Positions 20,643 through 30,849 of a stretch of DNA of 64,000 bases are shown piece after piece. Position 1 is the first letter of the stretch, and every line of letters starts with the position of its first letter. Below the pieces are notes generated by a model. It made no database searches. It was not told the origin of the DNA and saw only the letters and a list, made by a program, of their open reading frames with translations. Made by a program: the position numbers and the translations under genes. The DNA comes from Ignavibacteria bacterium (lineage in GTDB: Bacteria; Bacteroidota; Ignavibacteria; Kapaibacteriales; Kapaibacteriaceae): positions 14,433-78,432 of the forward strand of contig CANMBE010000002.1 of NCBI GenBank assembly GCA_947495975.1. Reading direction: 5' to 3'.

Positions 20643-21886
20643 AAACAGTTGTGATTGCCAGTAGCAATTCGCATAAAGTTGAAGAACTTATGCAGTTGTT
20701 TAGCGAACAGGGACTTGACTTTGATTGCATTGCGATGACCGACGTTGTTGGCCCCATTGTGATTGAAGAAACTGGGGTAACATTTGAAGAGAATGCTTAC
20801 ATAAAGGCATTGGCTGTTCATCAGCTTACGGGGCATCCTGTTGTTGCTGATGATAGCGGTCTTGAAGTTGATGTACTCAACGGTGAGCCAGGCGTGCTCT
20901 CGGCGCGATACTCTGGTCTTGGAGCAACAGACACAACCAACCGTGCCGCTCTTGCGAATGCGCTTGATGCACAGGGCGTAACGGACTCCCCTGCCCGGTT
21001 TAGATGCGTCTTATGCTATATGGATGAATTTCGCACTGTTTTTGGCGTGGGAACAAGCGAAGGAATTGTTTACCGAGATGGGCGAGGAAGTAGTGGCTTT
21101 GGATATGATTCGCTGTTTGTTCCGCATGGCGAGTCTCGAACATATGCCGAACTCAGGCAATCAGAGAAGATGGCTATAAGTCATCGGGGTGCAGCAGTTG
21201 CTGATCTCTCTGCTCACCTGAGTGCATTCAAGAGTGAAGCTCATCATTTTACAACAAGCGATCCTCTTCCCACGACGGATGCATTAATAATGGCTTCTGT
21301 TTGTGCTGCAATAGGCAACGATGCTCAACTACGTTCAACTATTCAGCACTTTGTGAGAGATATCGATGATGCAGTATTGCTTCACGAAGTCATACTTCAG
21401 ACGTATCTCTTCGCAGGATTCCCTGTTGCCATCGAAGCACTTACCATTGCCGATGAAGAGTGTCGAAGTATTCTCGGTGATCTGCAGTGGAGCAATGCAG
21501 AGAGCTATGATGTTAAAGATTATACGGCAAGGGGCGAAGCACTCTGCAAACGTGTCTATGGAAGCGTTTATGATCGTATGATGACCAGACTTCAATCGAT
21601 CACTCCAGAGCTACGTTCATGGATGATCATTGAGGGATATGGCAAAACGTTAAGCAGACCCGTGCTCGACATCGTCACTCGCGAGCTCTGTATCGTTGGC
21701 GTGCTTGCTGCCTTAGAACATCACAATCAGCTACGATCACACGTGAGAGGTGCGTTGCTTGTTGGAGCAACAGCCAACCAACTTCGTTCATGTGCCGATG
21801 TTGTCTTTGAGCTGTGTGGCAAGAGACAGGGAAATGAAATTCTACGGCTTGTCCTTCAGCAGGAAACTTCGGTACTTGGCCACTGA
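20639..21886 (+). CDS. rdgB: Non-canonical purine NTP pyrophosphatase (RdgB/HAM1) fused to a carboxymuconolactone decarboxylase (CMD/AhpD-like) domain
   Basis: ASSNSHKVEEL, EETGVTFEENAYIKA, ADDSGL, GFGYD, SHRG. These are followed by LQTYLFAGFP and YGKTLSRPVLDIVTRELCIV..QLRSHVRGAL. Confidence 0.85.
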   Translation: MKTVVIASSNSHKVEELMQLFSEQGLDFDCIAMTDVVGPIVIEETGVTFEENAYIKALAVHQLTGHPVVADDSGLEVDVLNGEPGVLSARYSGLGATDTTNRAALANALDAQGVTDSPARFRCVLCYMDEFRTVFGVGTSEGIVYRDGRGSSGFGYDSLFVPHGESRTYAELRQSEKMAISHRGAAVADLSAHLSAFKSEAHHFTTSDPLPTTDALIMASVCAAIGNDAQLRSTIQHFVRDIDDAVLLHEVILQTYLFAGFPVAIEALTIADEECRSILGDLQWSNAESYDVKDYTARGEALCKRVYGSVYDRMMTRLQSITPELRSWMIIEGYGKTLSRPVLDIVTRELCIVGVLAALEHHNQLRSHVRGALLVGATANQLRSCADVVFELCGKRQGNEILRLVLQQETSVLGH

Positions 21887-22723
21887 CGCAGAGCCCCAAA
21901 CACCAAGCCCACCTTTTACATTACTTAGGCGATAGTCATATTGATTTCGCCGACCAAAGCCAACAAGTCGGAACCAATCAAGAAACGCTTTATCGGGCGC
22001 ATATGCGCGAATTTCGTGTAGGCCAAACCACTTAAACCCATTCCAAACTACGGGCGTGCTGGGTTGCAAGGCGAATCCATACCGTGTACGCTCACTAGAA
22101 ATTAATGTGCCGTCGTCAAACAGGTCCACCTCTCTTAATCGGCGATTGGTATCTGTTGTCTGAGGATTGAGATAGGAACCATAGGCAACTGTGTCGAGAC
22201 ATTCAATCGACAATATATATTGAGTTACACCTGGAACGGCCTGCCAATAAATATCGAGCGAATCATATCGAAACAATTCATTGTCTTTACCAGGGTAACG
22301 AAAGGTGTCTCGTGGAGCTCGCACCCAATTAAACAATGGCGGTGTTTTCGATGAAGCAGTTAACGTAAATCCTAATGCCCTGACGTCTGCGTTGTATGTA
22401 ACACCAGACAAAACACGATACGATGTATCCTTGGCGCGGTACGTTCCACCGAGAGAATCAGGTGTGAATTCCATAGGTATATCTGTGCCGTCAGCAGTAA
22501 CAACAAACAATGCATCACGAATGGACGCCTCCGGGATCGAGAACGTATCCGTTACGGGTAGAGTACGATAGACTCGAATGTTGTTAAGGGGCTCACCAAC
22601 AAGCAGAAAGCCTTCAAGCACTACTTCAAGTGTATAATCAGTAGGAACTGGATCTTCACAGCTTGTTAGCAGCAACGAAACGCACGCAAGAATCACAATA
22701 CTCATGGAGGATATATTCTTCAT
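21842..22723 (-). CDS. DUF4249-like lipoprotein, partner of the TonB receptor
   Basis: Lipobox LTS/CED, C-terminal SNVKGGLGVWGS motif, coupled to the TonB receptor gene. Confidence 0.75.
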   Translation of the reverse strand: MKNISSMSIVILACVSLLLTSCEDPVPTDYTLEVVLEGFLLVGEPLNNIRVYRTLPVTDTFSIPEASIRDALFVVTADGTDIPMEFTPDSLGGTYRAKDTSYRVLSGVTYNADVRALGFTLTASSKTPPLFNWVRAPRDTFRYPGKDNELFRYDSLDIYWQAVPGVTQYILSIECLDTVAYGSYLNPQTTDTNRRLREVDLFDDGTLISSERTRYGFALQPSTPVVWNGFKWFGLHEIRAYAPDKAFLDWFRLVGFGRRNQYDYRLSNVKGGLGVWGSASVAKYRSFLLKDKP

Positions 22724-25056
22724 CAGAATTTCAATTCAAATGAAATTGTGGGAAGAATCGGCAGGAGCCGTACATCAGTAACTGCTGGGATTGATGCTGT
22801 TGTATCATAGAATCGGAACCATATATCCCGGCGCGAATACACATTGAAAACGTCTAAGAAGATGCGAAATGGCAGGTCAAAGAGAGTTGTGTTGTAGTTC
22901 ACGTTCAGATTCAACTGATGTGAGTTTGGAAGACGCAGTCCCCATCGCTGAGACGGGTTGACCATAACAACTCCACCGTCCCACCCTGGCATTCTACCGC
23001 CCATGGATGACGAAGCACCAGTGTAGGATTGACCAGACTGGAACATGAACGACGCTCCAAACTCCCAATGATCATTGAGCTTGTAAAGACCAGTAATTTT
23101 TAGGTCGTGCCTTCGATCGAACTTTGGACGAAATGTGTTGCCAAGGTTGACACTATCAAATCGCGAGTACACAAAGCCAAGCGCGTAGCCAATCCAGCCA
23201 GTGAACTTACCCATCTTCTTCTGTAGGAAGAACTCAGCGCCATACGCCTGTCCAGCTCCAATATAGAAGACATCGGTAACATTGCGAGCTCGCGAATTAT
23301 TCTGCCTGAGTTCATTGATGTTGTGTAGGGTCTTGTAATAAAGGTCAACGTTAAAGTCAAAACCTTCAAATGGCTGCGTTTCAACCGCCAAGATATAGTG
23401 ATCTGCACGACCAGGAGGAACTGTATTGTCTGTAGGAAGCCATGTGTCAAAAAACGAAAAATCAGGTGCAGAAGCAAGCCGCAGATACTGATGATAGATA
23501 CCCCATGCTGCCTTTACAGCAACGCCATCCGTTAGCTGATAACGAAGCGCAATACGTGGGTCAATGAGCATCTTTTGACTTGTTGACCAATAGCTAGCAC
23601 GAAGACCACTTTGCACAGAGAAAGCGTCACTTACATTCCACGTGTTTTGAGCGTATACCGCATGAATGTTATCCCAGATATCAAGCAAGAAAATCGATGA
23701 TTGACCTGATGATGATCCATCCGTACGCCCAGAGGTATTCTGCTCATATGTGAAGTTGTACAACGTACCTTCATATCCAAACTTGAACGTTTGATCCTCA
23801 TCGGCAAACCACTCAAACTCAGCTTTCAACGAATAATCTGTGATACTGTTATCGATTGCAAACTGAAAGCCCGCATTGTTTCCTGCGAATCCATTGTCAT
23901 ATCTACTTGCGCTGAAAGTGGCAACAGAGAAGAGGTCAGATGCATAAATGTGTGACCACCGAGCGGAGGTTGCCCTATTTCCAATACCTACATTGAATAA
24001 AAGTCCGGGCTGCGAAAAATTGAGATTGTCTCTTGTTAGAAATCCACTGACTGACACCTTGTCATCATCAGACAAATCTTGTGTGAGTTTCGCATTCACA
24101 TCATAAAAATTAAATGATGGAAAGGGGCTCTTTGGATCTTGAGGAAGTAATCCAAGGAGAAGGTCGAGATATGTTGCTCTTGCACCTATGAACCAGGAAC
24201 CACTGCCGAGTGGACCTTGCAACGATGCCCTCGATGAGATCAGACCAATTCCTACAAGACCCTCTACGTGATCGCGGTTGCCATCTTTTTGTGTGATGTT
24301 TAGCACCGCTGACATTCTTCCACCATATTCCGCTGGGAAGCCACCCTTGATGAGATCAACTCCCTTGATAGCATCATTATTAAAGGCAGAAATAAAACCA
24401 AACAAGTGCGTTGGGTTGTAAACAGTCATTCCATCTAACAACACAAGATTTTGATCTGGTGATCCGCCTCTAATGAAGAGACCAGAAGATATTTGCGAGG
24501 AGGACAATACACCTGGAAGCATCAGAAGTGCTCTAAAGATATCGGCCTCTCCACCAATGCGGATTTGAGAGAGTTGCTCAATAGGAATATTTACCTGTGA
24601 GATTGATATCTGACGCTTGTCTTCTAATCTATCGGCCGTAACAGTAATCTCATTACCAGAGGTCTTTGATTGCTTCATTTGTATGCGAAGCTTTAGAGGA
24701 ACTCCATTTTCCAGAACCACCTTGGTCTCTGACTTCACATACCCGATATAGCTCACAACGATGATTTGGTCACCAGACGGAATCTTCCCTATTGAGAAGT
24801 ACCCAGATTTGTTCGTATAGGCGCCAAGCTTTGTACCCTTGACTGTTATGGTAGCGCCAATGAGTGTTTCTTTGGTGATCTCGTCCACAGCAAAGCCACT
24901 GACAGCGTTTGTCCCTTCCGTGGTATATCCTGCGGAACGGATGGGGGCTGCCAGGCTGAAAAGCGCAACGAGAGCGACTGATATGCGGCGTATTGGTATT
25001 AACATGTAGTTCTTGGGTGCGGTTAACGGATACAATCCTTCTTTGTTGTAATTCAT
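22723..25056 (-). CDS. TonB-dependent receptor with an N-terminal carboxypeptidase-regulatory-like domain
   Basis: ETLIGATI, LPGV, IRGGSPDQNLVLLDG, KGGFPAEYGGRMS, C-terminal ..FELKF. Alternative start at 25005. Confidence 0.92.
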   Translation of the reverse strand: MNYNKEGLYPLTAPKNYMLIPIRRISVALVALFSLAAPIRSAGYTTEGTNAVSGFAVDEITKETLIGATITVKGTKLGAYTNKSGYFSIGKIPSGDQIIVVSYIGYVKSETKVVLENGVPLKLRIQMKQSKTSGNEITVTADRLEDKRQISISQVNIPIEQLSQIRIGGEADIFRALLMLPGVLSSSQISSGLFIRGGSPDQNLVLLDGMTVYNPTHLFGFISAFNNDAIKGVDLIKGGFPAEYGGRMSAVLNITQKDGNRDHVEGLVGIGLISSRASLQGPLGSGSWFIGARATYLDLLLGLLPQDPKSPFPSFNFYDVNAKLTQDLSDDDKVSVSGFLTRDNLNFSQPGLLFNVGIGNRATSARWSHIYASDLFSVATFSASRYDNGFAGNNAGFQFAIDNSITDYSLKAEFEWFADEDQTFKFGYEGTLYNFTYEQNTSGRTDGSSSGQSSIFLLDIWDNIHAVYAQNTWNVSDAFSVQSGLRASYWSTSQKMLIDPRIALRYQLTDGVAVKAAWGIYHQYLRLASAPDFSFFDTWLPTDNTVPPGRADHYILAVETQPFEGFDFNVDLYYKTLHNINELRQNNSRARNVTDVFYIGAGQAYGAEFFLQKKMGKFTGWIGYALGFVYSRFDSVNLGNTFRPKFDRRHDLKITGLYKLNDHWEFGASFMFQSGQSYTGASSSMGGRMPGWDGGVVMVNPSQRWGLRLPNSHQLNLNVNYNTTLFDLPFRIFLDVFNVYSRRDIWFRFYDTTASIPAVTDVRLLPILPTISFELKF

Positions 25057-25171
25057 ATAATCGAATCAAATTCGGAGCGAACGTATACCATTGAATCGGT
25101 GTTGAGCTATTGATGACTAATTTTGTGGGTATCCGAGAAATAAACAAAGCAACAAGAGCGTCGATAAGAAC

Positions 25172-25519
25172 ATGGCTATATATATCACGAGTGACTGCAT
25201 TAACTGCGGAGCATGCGAACCTGAATGTCCCAACACTGCGATTTACGATGCAGGTGCCGAATGGGAACTTGCAGGATCGAAATATTTTGATAGCACTTCC
25301 CCTGGTAATTTTAAGGGCGAGTTTTTTTCTCCTGAATTTTACTTTATTGTTCCTGATAAATGCACGGAGTGCAAGGGCTTTCATGATGAGCCGCAGTGTG
25401 CCGCTGTATGTCCAGTTGATTGCTGTCTCCCCGATCCACACAATGTTGAAAATGAAGAGCAGCTTTTGAAGAAGAAGGACTACCTCGACGGAATCGATCA
25501 GTTGCGCCTGCGAGCATAA
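25172..25519 (+). CDS. 2x[4Fe-4S] ferredoxin (YfhL-like)
   Basis: [12 protein letters not shown] and [30 protein letters not shown] promoter element at 25118-25125. Confidence 0.93.
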   Translation: MAIYITSDCINCGACEPECPNTAIYDAGAEWELAGSKYFDSTSPGNFKGEFFSPEFYFIVPDKCTECKGFHDEPQCAAVCPVDCCLPDPHNVENEEQLLKKKDYLDGIDQLRLRA

Positions 25520-25523
25520 CTGC

Positions 25524-26993
25524 ATGTTCGCCGAACTTCATGTTGAGCGCGGACGATTGCGAGCTATTCTGCCGTGCACAACGGGAACGATTGTACGAAC
25601 GGAAACCGACTCATTCGACTATCCTGGCTGTCACGTCTTGCCTGGCTTCGTAGACAACCATGCACACATCGTAGGTCTTGGTGAACGTCTTTCACTTGTT
25701 TCGTTACACGAATCAAGAAGTGAAGATGAGTGCGTTCAATTGCTTGTAAAAGCTGGCGCTGCCCCCAACGGATGGGTTCGTGCAATGGGATGGAACCAAG
25801 AGCATTGGCCTCAGGGTCGCTGGCCAACACGAGAGTTACTTGACCGAGCTTATCCAGACACTCCCGTTGCTGCCTCTCGCGTAGATGGTCATGCCATGTG
25901 GGTGAACTCTGCGGCGCTGAAGGTATCTGGCATTGAGCCTACCAACCACACAGGAATACTCCTCGACGATGAGATGCTCCCTATTTGGTTGAGCATTCCT
26001 CCACGCTCTGCAGATGAAATACGTTCAATGATCGTAGCGGCCACCTCGTTGTGTTCGAGGATGGGCATCACAGAAATCCACGACATGGATGTTGCCAACG
26101 TGTGGCATGAACCGTTTCGATTGTTAGCTGAGCAAGGGGCTCTTCCGGTTCGTGTACAATCATTTGTGAGAGCTCAGCAAGATGAATGGCGTGCTGCTGG
26201 ACTCCTTCCTGCAGTGGGTGAGTTTGTGCGATTAGCAGGAGTGAAATATTACGCAGACGGGGCGCTGGGCTCACGTGGAGCAAAATTGTTAGCCCCCTAC
26301 TCAGATGACTCAACTACAGATGGCATTCAGCTTTTATCTGTTGACGAGATGACTCAGAAGGCGCGTGATGCAATTGACATGGGGTGGCCGAGCATTGCGA
26401 TTCATGCAATTGGTGACGCAGCTGTTCGCAATGTCCTCGATACGTATGCAAACGTTCGATCGTGGAGCGACGGCAAGGATATGATACTTCGTCTGGAGCA
26501 TGCGCAACACGTGCACCCAGATGATGTGGTACGAATGGCCGAACTCAACGTATTTGCCTGTGTGCAACCTTCGCATTGTATGAGCGATGCTCGGATGGCT
26601 GAACAACGTCTCGGTCCGAGCAGGCTCTCATGGGCGTATCGTTGGCGCAGTTTACTTGATGCAGGTGTATGCATTGGTGCTGGGTCTGACTTCCCTATTG
26701 AGTCGCCTAACGTACTTGATGGTATCACTGCATTTGTAGAGAGAATTCCCAACGATGATACGAATGCATGGCAAGGTCAAGAGCGCATAACGGTAGCAGA
26801 GGCCGTGGCAGCATACACATCAGGTGCGCACGCAACCTCAGGCATGGAGTATCGCAGAGGGCAAATAGAGGTTGGGTTTGATGCTGATCTTGTGATTCTT
26901 GATAGAGACATTGAGAACGTTTCACCGAGCGACATTTCATCAGCAAGGGTGATGGCTACATTTGTTGCTGGCAAACGCAGGTATTATTCATGA
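25524..26993 (+). CDS. Metal-dependent amidohydrolase (YtcJ-like, Amidohydro_3)
   Basis: PGFVDNHAH, KYYADGALGSRGA, HAIGDAA, EHAQH, GSDFP, ADLVIL. Confidence 0.9.
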   Translation: MFAELHVERGRLRAILPCTTGTIVRTETDSFDYPGCHVLPGFVDNHAHIVGLGERLSLVSLHESRSEDECVQLLVKAGAAPNGWVRAMGWNQEHWPQGRWPTRELLDRAYPDTPVAASRVDGHAMWVNSAALKVSGIEPTNHTGILLDDEMLPIWLSIPPRSADEIRSMIVAATSLCSRMGITEIHDMDVANVWHEPFRLLAEQGALPVRVQSFVRAQQDEWRAAGLLPAVGEFVRLAGVKYYADGALGSRGAKLLAPYSDDSTTDGIQLLSVDEMTQKARDAIDMGWPSIAIHAIGDAAVRNVLDTYANVRSWSDGKDMILRLEHAQHVHPDDVVRMAELNVFACVQPSHCMSDARMAEQRLGPSRLSWAYRWRSLLDAGVCIGAGSDFPIESPNVLDGITAFVERIPNDDTNAWQGQERITVAEAVAAYTSGAHATSGMEYRRGQIEVGFDADLVILDRDIENVSPSDISSARVMATFVAGKRRYYS

Positions 26994-28177
26994 GACCAGA
27001 TCTTCAGCGCTTATTTATCGACAAAGTTACCAACGAATCGTATGCAGATTTTAAGAACGAGCTCAACGAATCATTAGGTGTAGAAATCGCTTTTCGCGTT
27101 TGTGAAATGCCAATCTTTGTTTCGCATGACTTCCGAAAGGTACTCGAGAAGTCAGCCATTGAGATTATTCAACTGTGTGTTCGCCCCGAATACCTTGCTC
27201 GAACGAACTCTACGTTAACATCAGAAACCAGCGCGCGCAATGAAAATGATCGTCCGTTATTCTCTGTGGTTGACTTTGCTGTCTGCACCGACGAAGGTGG
27301 GAATTGGCAGCCAAAGCTGATTGAACTGCAAGGCTTCCCTTCTCTCTTGGGCTATCAATATTTGTATGCATCTCGCCTGCGGGAGACCTATGGGCTGCTT
27401 GATACAACCCCATTCCTCCATGAGCTTGATCCCGATTCGTACCTGCGCATACTCCGCACGAGCATATTTGCTGAGTATGACCCATCCGAAGTAGCGTTAG
27501 TTGAGGTAGATCCGCTCACTCAAAAGACACGTCCCGACTTTATAGCGCTGGAGCAATTGATCGGACTTCAAACGATAAACATCCGAGACATTATAAAGAT
27601 TGGCAAGGGGCTCTTCTTCCACGATTCTGATGGCAATCAACATCAGTTAAAACGAATCTTCAATCGTGCAATCGTTGATGAACTCCACGACATGAACGTG
27701 CATCTGAATTTTTCATGGTCAGACGATCTCGATGTTGAGTGGGCTGGACATCCCAATTGGTATTTTAGAATCAGCAAGTTTGCGCTTCCATTCCTAAACC
27801 ACCCTGCAGCTCCCAAGACATCATTTCTCAATGAGCTTCAACGCATTCCCCATGATCTTCATCGATACGTTCTCAAGCCACTGTACTCATTTGCAGGCAA
27901 AGGCGTCAACGTCAATCCTACTATAGATGACATCGAAGCAATTCCAACTGATCAACGAGACGGTTGGGTATTACAAGAGAAAGTGGTGTATGCAGAATGT
28001 ATCGAAACCCCGTACGGAATGAACAAGGTTGAGATACGAGTTATGCTTATCTGGCCAGATGGCATCAACGAGCCAATTCCGGTAATGACATTGGCTCGCA
28101 CCGGTCGTGGACAACTTATGGGTGCACAATACAACGTAGAACCCTGGACAGGTAGCACGGGATGTCTATTCGTGTAA
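26990..28177 (+). CDS. Putative circularly permuted ATP-grasp (glutathione/glutathionylspermidine synthetase-like) protein
   Basis: VDF...PKLIELQGFP, YVLKPLYSFAGKGV, WVLQEKV, KVEIRVM resemble ATP-grasp nucleotide-binding motifs. Confidence 0.6.
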   Translation: MRPDLQRLFIDKVTNESYADFKNELNESLGVEIAFRVCEMPIFVSHDFRKVLEKSAIEIIQLCVRPEYLARTNSTLTSETSARNENDRPLFSVVDFAVCTDEGGNWQPKLIELQGFPSLLGYQYLYASRLRETYGLLDTTPFLHELDPDSYLRILRTSIFAEYDPSEVALVEVDPLTQKTRPDFIALEQLIGLQTINIRDIIKIGKGLFFHDSDGNQHQLKRIFNRAIVDELHDMNVHLNFSWSDDLDVEWAGHPNWYFRISKFALPFLNHPAAPKTSFLNELQRIPHDLHRYVLKPLYSFAGKGVNVNPTIDDIEAIPTDQRDGWVLQEKVVYAECIETPYGMNKVEIRVMLIWPDGINEPIPVMTLARTGRGQLMGAQYNVEPWTGSTGCLFV

Positions 28178-28188
28178 TGGACAACGTG

Positions 28189-30078
28189 CTACTTGGCGAG
28201 CAATACTTCAATCCTATTCGAAGCATCTTCAAGGAATTGTTCTTCAGGAGAAAGGCCAACTTCCTTGAATTGTACGCGCCCATCTTTTCCGAGATAGAAC
28301 TTTGTAGGAATGCCTGTAACGCCAAACTTGGCAACAACGCTGTCATCCTTGTCAAGGTACATCGGAAACGTTAATGTTGGATTAGACTTCAAGAAGTCGC
28401 GCACGGTTTTTACTCGATCATCGGAACGTTCCCAGACATTGACAATAGCAAACACGACATCTGAGTTGTTCTTATATCGCTCGTACAATTTCTGTAGAGA
28501 CGGGAAAGACTGTCGGCACGGTCCACACCACGTTGCCCAATAGTCCAATATCACAACCTTCCCTCGCCAGTCTGATATTTTAAGGGGCTTACCATCAAGC
28601 GATATAAACGTACCTTCAATTGGCATTTGGTTGAGCATTTCTCTCGCAAGGCGAATAGATAGTACGCCACGCCCTTGTGATCGAAGTTCTTTCTCTTTCT
28701 TCGCAATTGCCACGCTGTCCATCCCATCCGCTGCCAACAACTTGCGATATGCATCTGTCACACCCTGTGTGGCAGAGCTTGTCGTTATTGCGCGTTCTGC
28801 AACTGCAAGAGCCTTCTTGGTATTCTGTTGATCGCTATATAGGCCAACCAAGAATTCGTAGCAGCCCTTCTCGGTTTCCGCGCCACCAACCTCCATGCTC
28901 TTTTCAAGCGATGATATTGCCTTGTCATTCTGCTTTTCTGCGCGATAGATAGCCCCTTGAACAAAATATAGCAGCGACGTTGCAATACGCTGTTCTTGGC
29001 GCCACTCAGATAGTCCATAGTACAGAGGTCGACGTGAATCGTCCTTGGCCGCTTCGATTCCTTCATTGATGAGCCTAAAGGCATCTGCTCGCAACGAATC
29101 GTTTGCGCCGACGAAGTTGACCGCCTGATGATACGTCATGGCAGAAATTCCCTTTACGCGGTCAAGAAACACAATAAGCTGACGCAAAGCATTCTGCTGT
29201 GTAGCTGCTTTCACCACACCATCAACAAGATTCTGGCGGGCAAACGTCTCAGGCCATTTTTCGAGATGCTCAGCCGCGCGGTCAATGAATGCATCAAGTG
29301 TTGGGGAGATACTAAGCTGACCCATTGCTGTTTGTTCGTCTACGATACTGCGGGGAAATCGTGAGCCCGCATCCAGAAGCACGCGTTGTGCTTCATCACG
29401 GCGCCCTTGTGACTCATACGCTTGGGCCAGCGCGATTGCATCAAGCGCACTTGGTGCCTGAACAACTGAAGTGGTAATCTCGCGCAGTTTTGCATCTGCC
29501 TCTATGCTATCGAGCTGCCCTGTGCTTCTCATCACAAGTATATAGTTTACTCTTGCTACGGTATTGCTTGGATGGAGCTTTGTCTCTTTTTCGAGTTCTT
29601 CAGCAGCTTCTGTAAAATTCTCCTTCATACGGCATGTGGCGGGTAGTTGACCGTACCTGGCCATTGCAGCGCGCATGTGCGCACCGCGTACGGCAGTCCC
29701 CCGCTCAGATGCAGTAAAGAACTCCCAATACAACTCCCTGTTGGTGTCGTACTGCATTCCGTTGCCTACCTTAAGGATGGTATAGACAATGTTCTTAGCA
29801 AGTGTAGCGTTGCCAATCCACTTAGACCCACTCTTCTCAAGCACAACTTCACTTGCACGGGGCGATTCGGCTTCAACAGTAAAGCCATAAAGAACCGCAT
29901 GAAGTTTACCACCTTCTACAATATTGTTGTCCACTGCATCAGGAACGTATTCAATTGTTACGGTGGCTCCTTCCTTTGGAGACATTGGAAGAACCGTTAC
30001 TGTGCCACCAAACAGGTGTTGTGGCAACAATAAAACTGCGATGAATAACAGTATGCTTTTTAAAGAAAGAAGCTTCAT
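28189..30078 (-). CDS. Secreted TPR-containing redoxin with a C-terminal TlpA domain
   Basis: Signal peptide, TPR-like helices, DYWATWCGPCRQSFP, GIPTKF. Confidence 0.85.
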   Translation of the reverse strand: MKLLSLKSILLFIAVLLLPQHLFGGTVTVLPMSPKEGATVTIEYVPDAVDNNIVEGGKLHAVLYGFTVEAESPRASEVVLEKSGSKWIGNATLAKNIVYTILKVGNGMQYDTNRELYWEFFTASERGTAVRGAHMRAAMARYGQLPATCRMKENFTEAAEELEKETKLHPSNTVARVNYILVMRSTGQLDSIEADAKLREITTSVVQAPSALDAIALAQAYESQGRRDEAQRVLLDAGSRFPRSIVDEQTAMGQLSISPTLDAFIDRAAEHLEKWPETFARQNLVDGVVKAATQQNALRQLIVFLDRVKGISAMTYHQAVNFVGANDSLRADAFRLINEGIEAAKDDSRRPLYYGLSEWRQEQRIATSLLYFVQGAIYRAEKQNDKAISSLEKSMEVGGAETEKGCYEFLVGLYSDQQNTKKALAVAERAITTSSATQGVTDAYRKLLAADGMDSVAIAKKEKELRSQGRGVLSIRLAREMLNQMPIEGTFISLDGKPLKISDWRGKVVILDYWATWCGPCRQSFPSLQKLYERYKNNSDVVFAIVNVWERSDDRVKTVRDFLKSNPTLTFPMYLDKDDSVVAKFGVTGIPTKFYLGKDGRVQFKEVGLSPEEQFLEDASNRIEVLLAK

Positions 30079-30114
30079 GAAAGAGAATCTTAAGTATGAT
30101 GTAATTGTTTAATG

Positions 30115-30849
30115 TTAGCGAACGAGATGATAACCACCGTCAACCACAATGGTCTGGCCGGTAATGTACTGAGACGACGTTGCGAAGAACCAGACGGCAT
30201 CAAAGATATCGTCAACAGTTCCATGTCTTTTCATTGGAATTCGATTGGGGTCGATAAGATTCGCATCATTTGCAGTGGCTTCTTCTGGTTGAGCAATCGC
30301 CCCAGGCGAAACCGTGTTCACACTGATAGTGGGAGCCAATCCACGCGCTAGTGTCAAAGCCATTGTCTGCAACGCACTCTTGCTAACATTGTATGCAATT
30401 CGGTCCTTCCATATCTCCAACGCGCCCAGAGAGCCCAGGCTAATAAGTCTACCATGAGCTGCATGAAGAGTACATGACTCTTGATAGACTTGAGCAATTG
30501 TTAGGAGTGGCAGCGTGTTTACCAAAAGCGTTTCTTGTACGAGTGAACTAGGTGTCTCTTGAACTGAATGAGGTTCAGGAAAGACTCCGGCGTTGCTCAC
30601 AATGACTGACGCATGTCCAAGTTCAGACTCAAACATCTCAAGACTATCACGCACCATCTGTGGTTTTGCAACATTACATTTGCTCATAATGCAGCGTTGT
30701 CCCATCATCTCAATTTTCTTCTGCGTTGCAATTGCCTCATCCAATGCCGTGTTATATGTTACAGCAATATCATAACCACGCTGGGCAAACCTCAGCGCAA
30801 GCCCCTTACCAATTCTGTGCGCTCCACCTGTAATGACTGCTACTGGCAT
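30115..30849 (-). CDS. SDR oxidoreductase, pteridine reductase/FolM-like
   Basis: TGGAHRIG (Arg variant typical of pteridine reductases), YNVSK, ITGQTIVVDGG. Confidence 0.8.
   Translation of the reverse strand: MPVAVITGGAHRIGKGLALRFAQRGYDIAVTYNTALDEAIATQKKIEMMGQRCIMSKCNVAKPQMVRDSLEMFESELGHASVIVSNAGVFPEPHSVQETPSSLVQETLLVNTLPLLTIAQVYQESCTLHAAHGRLISLGSLGALEIWKDRIAYNVSKSALQTMALTLARGLAPTISVNTVSPGAIAQPEEATANDANLIDPNRIPMKRHGTVDDIFDAVWFFATSSQYITGQTIVVDGGYHLVR

Noticed and set aside
24770-25525. 251-aa minus-strand ORF
   Set aside because: It overlaps the ferredoxin in antisense and the TonB receptor out of frame, and has no recognisable motifs.
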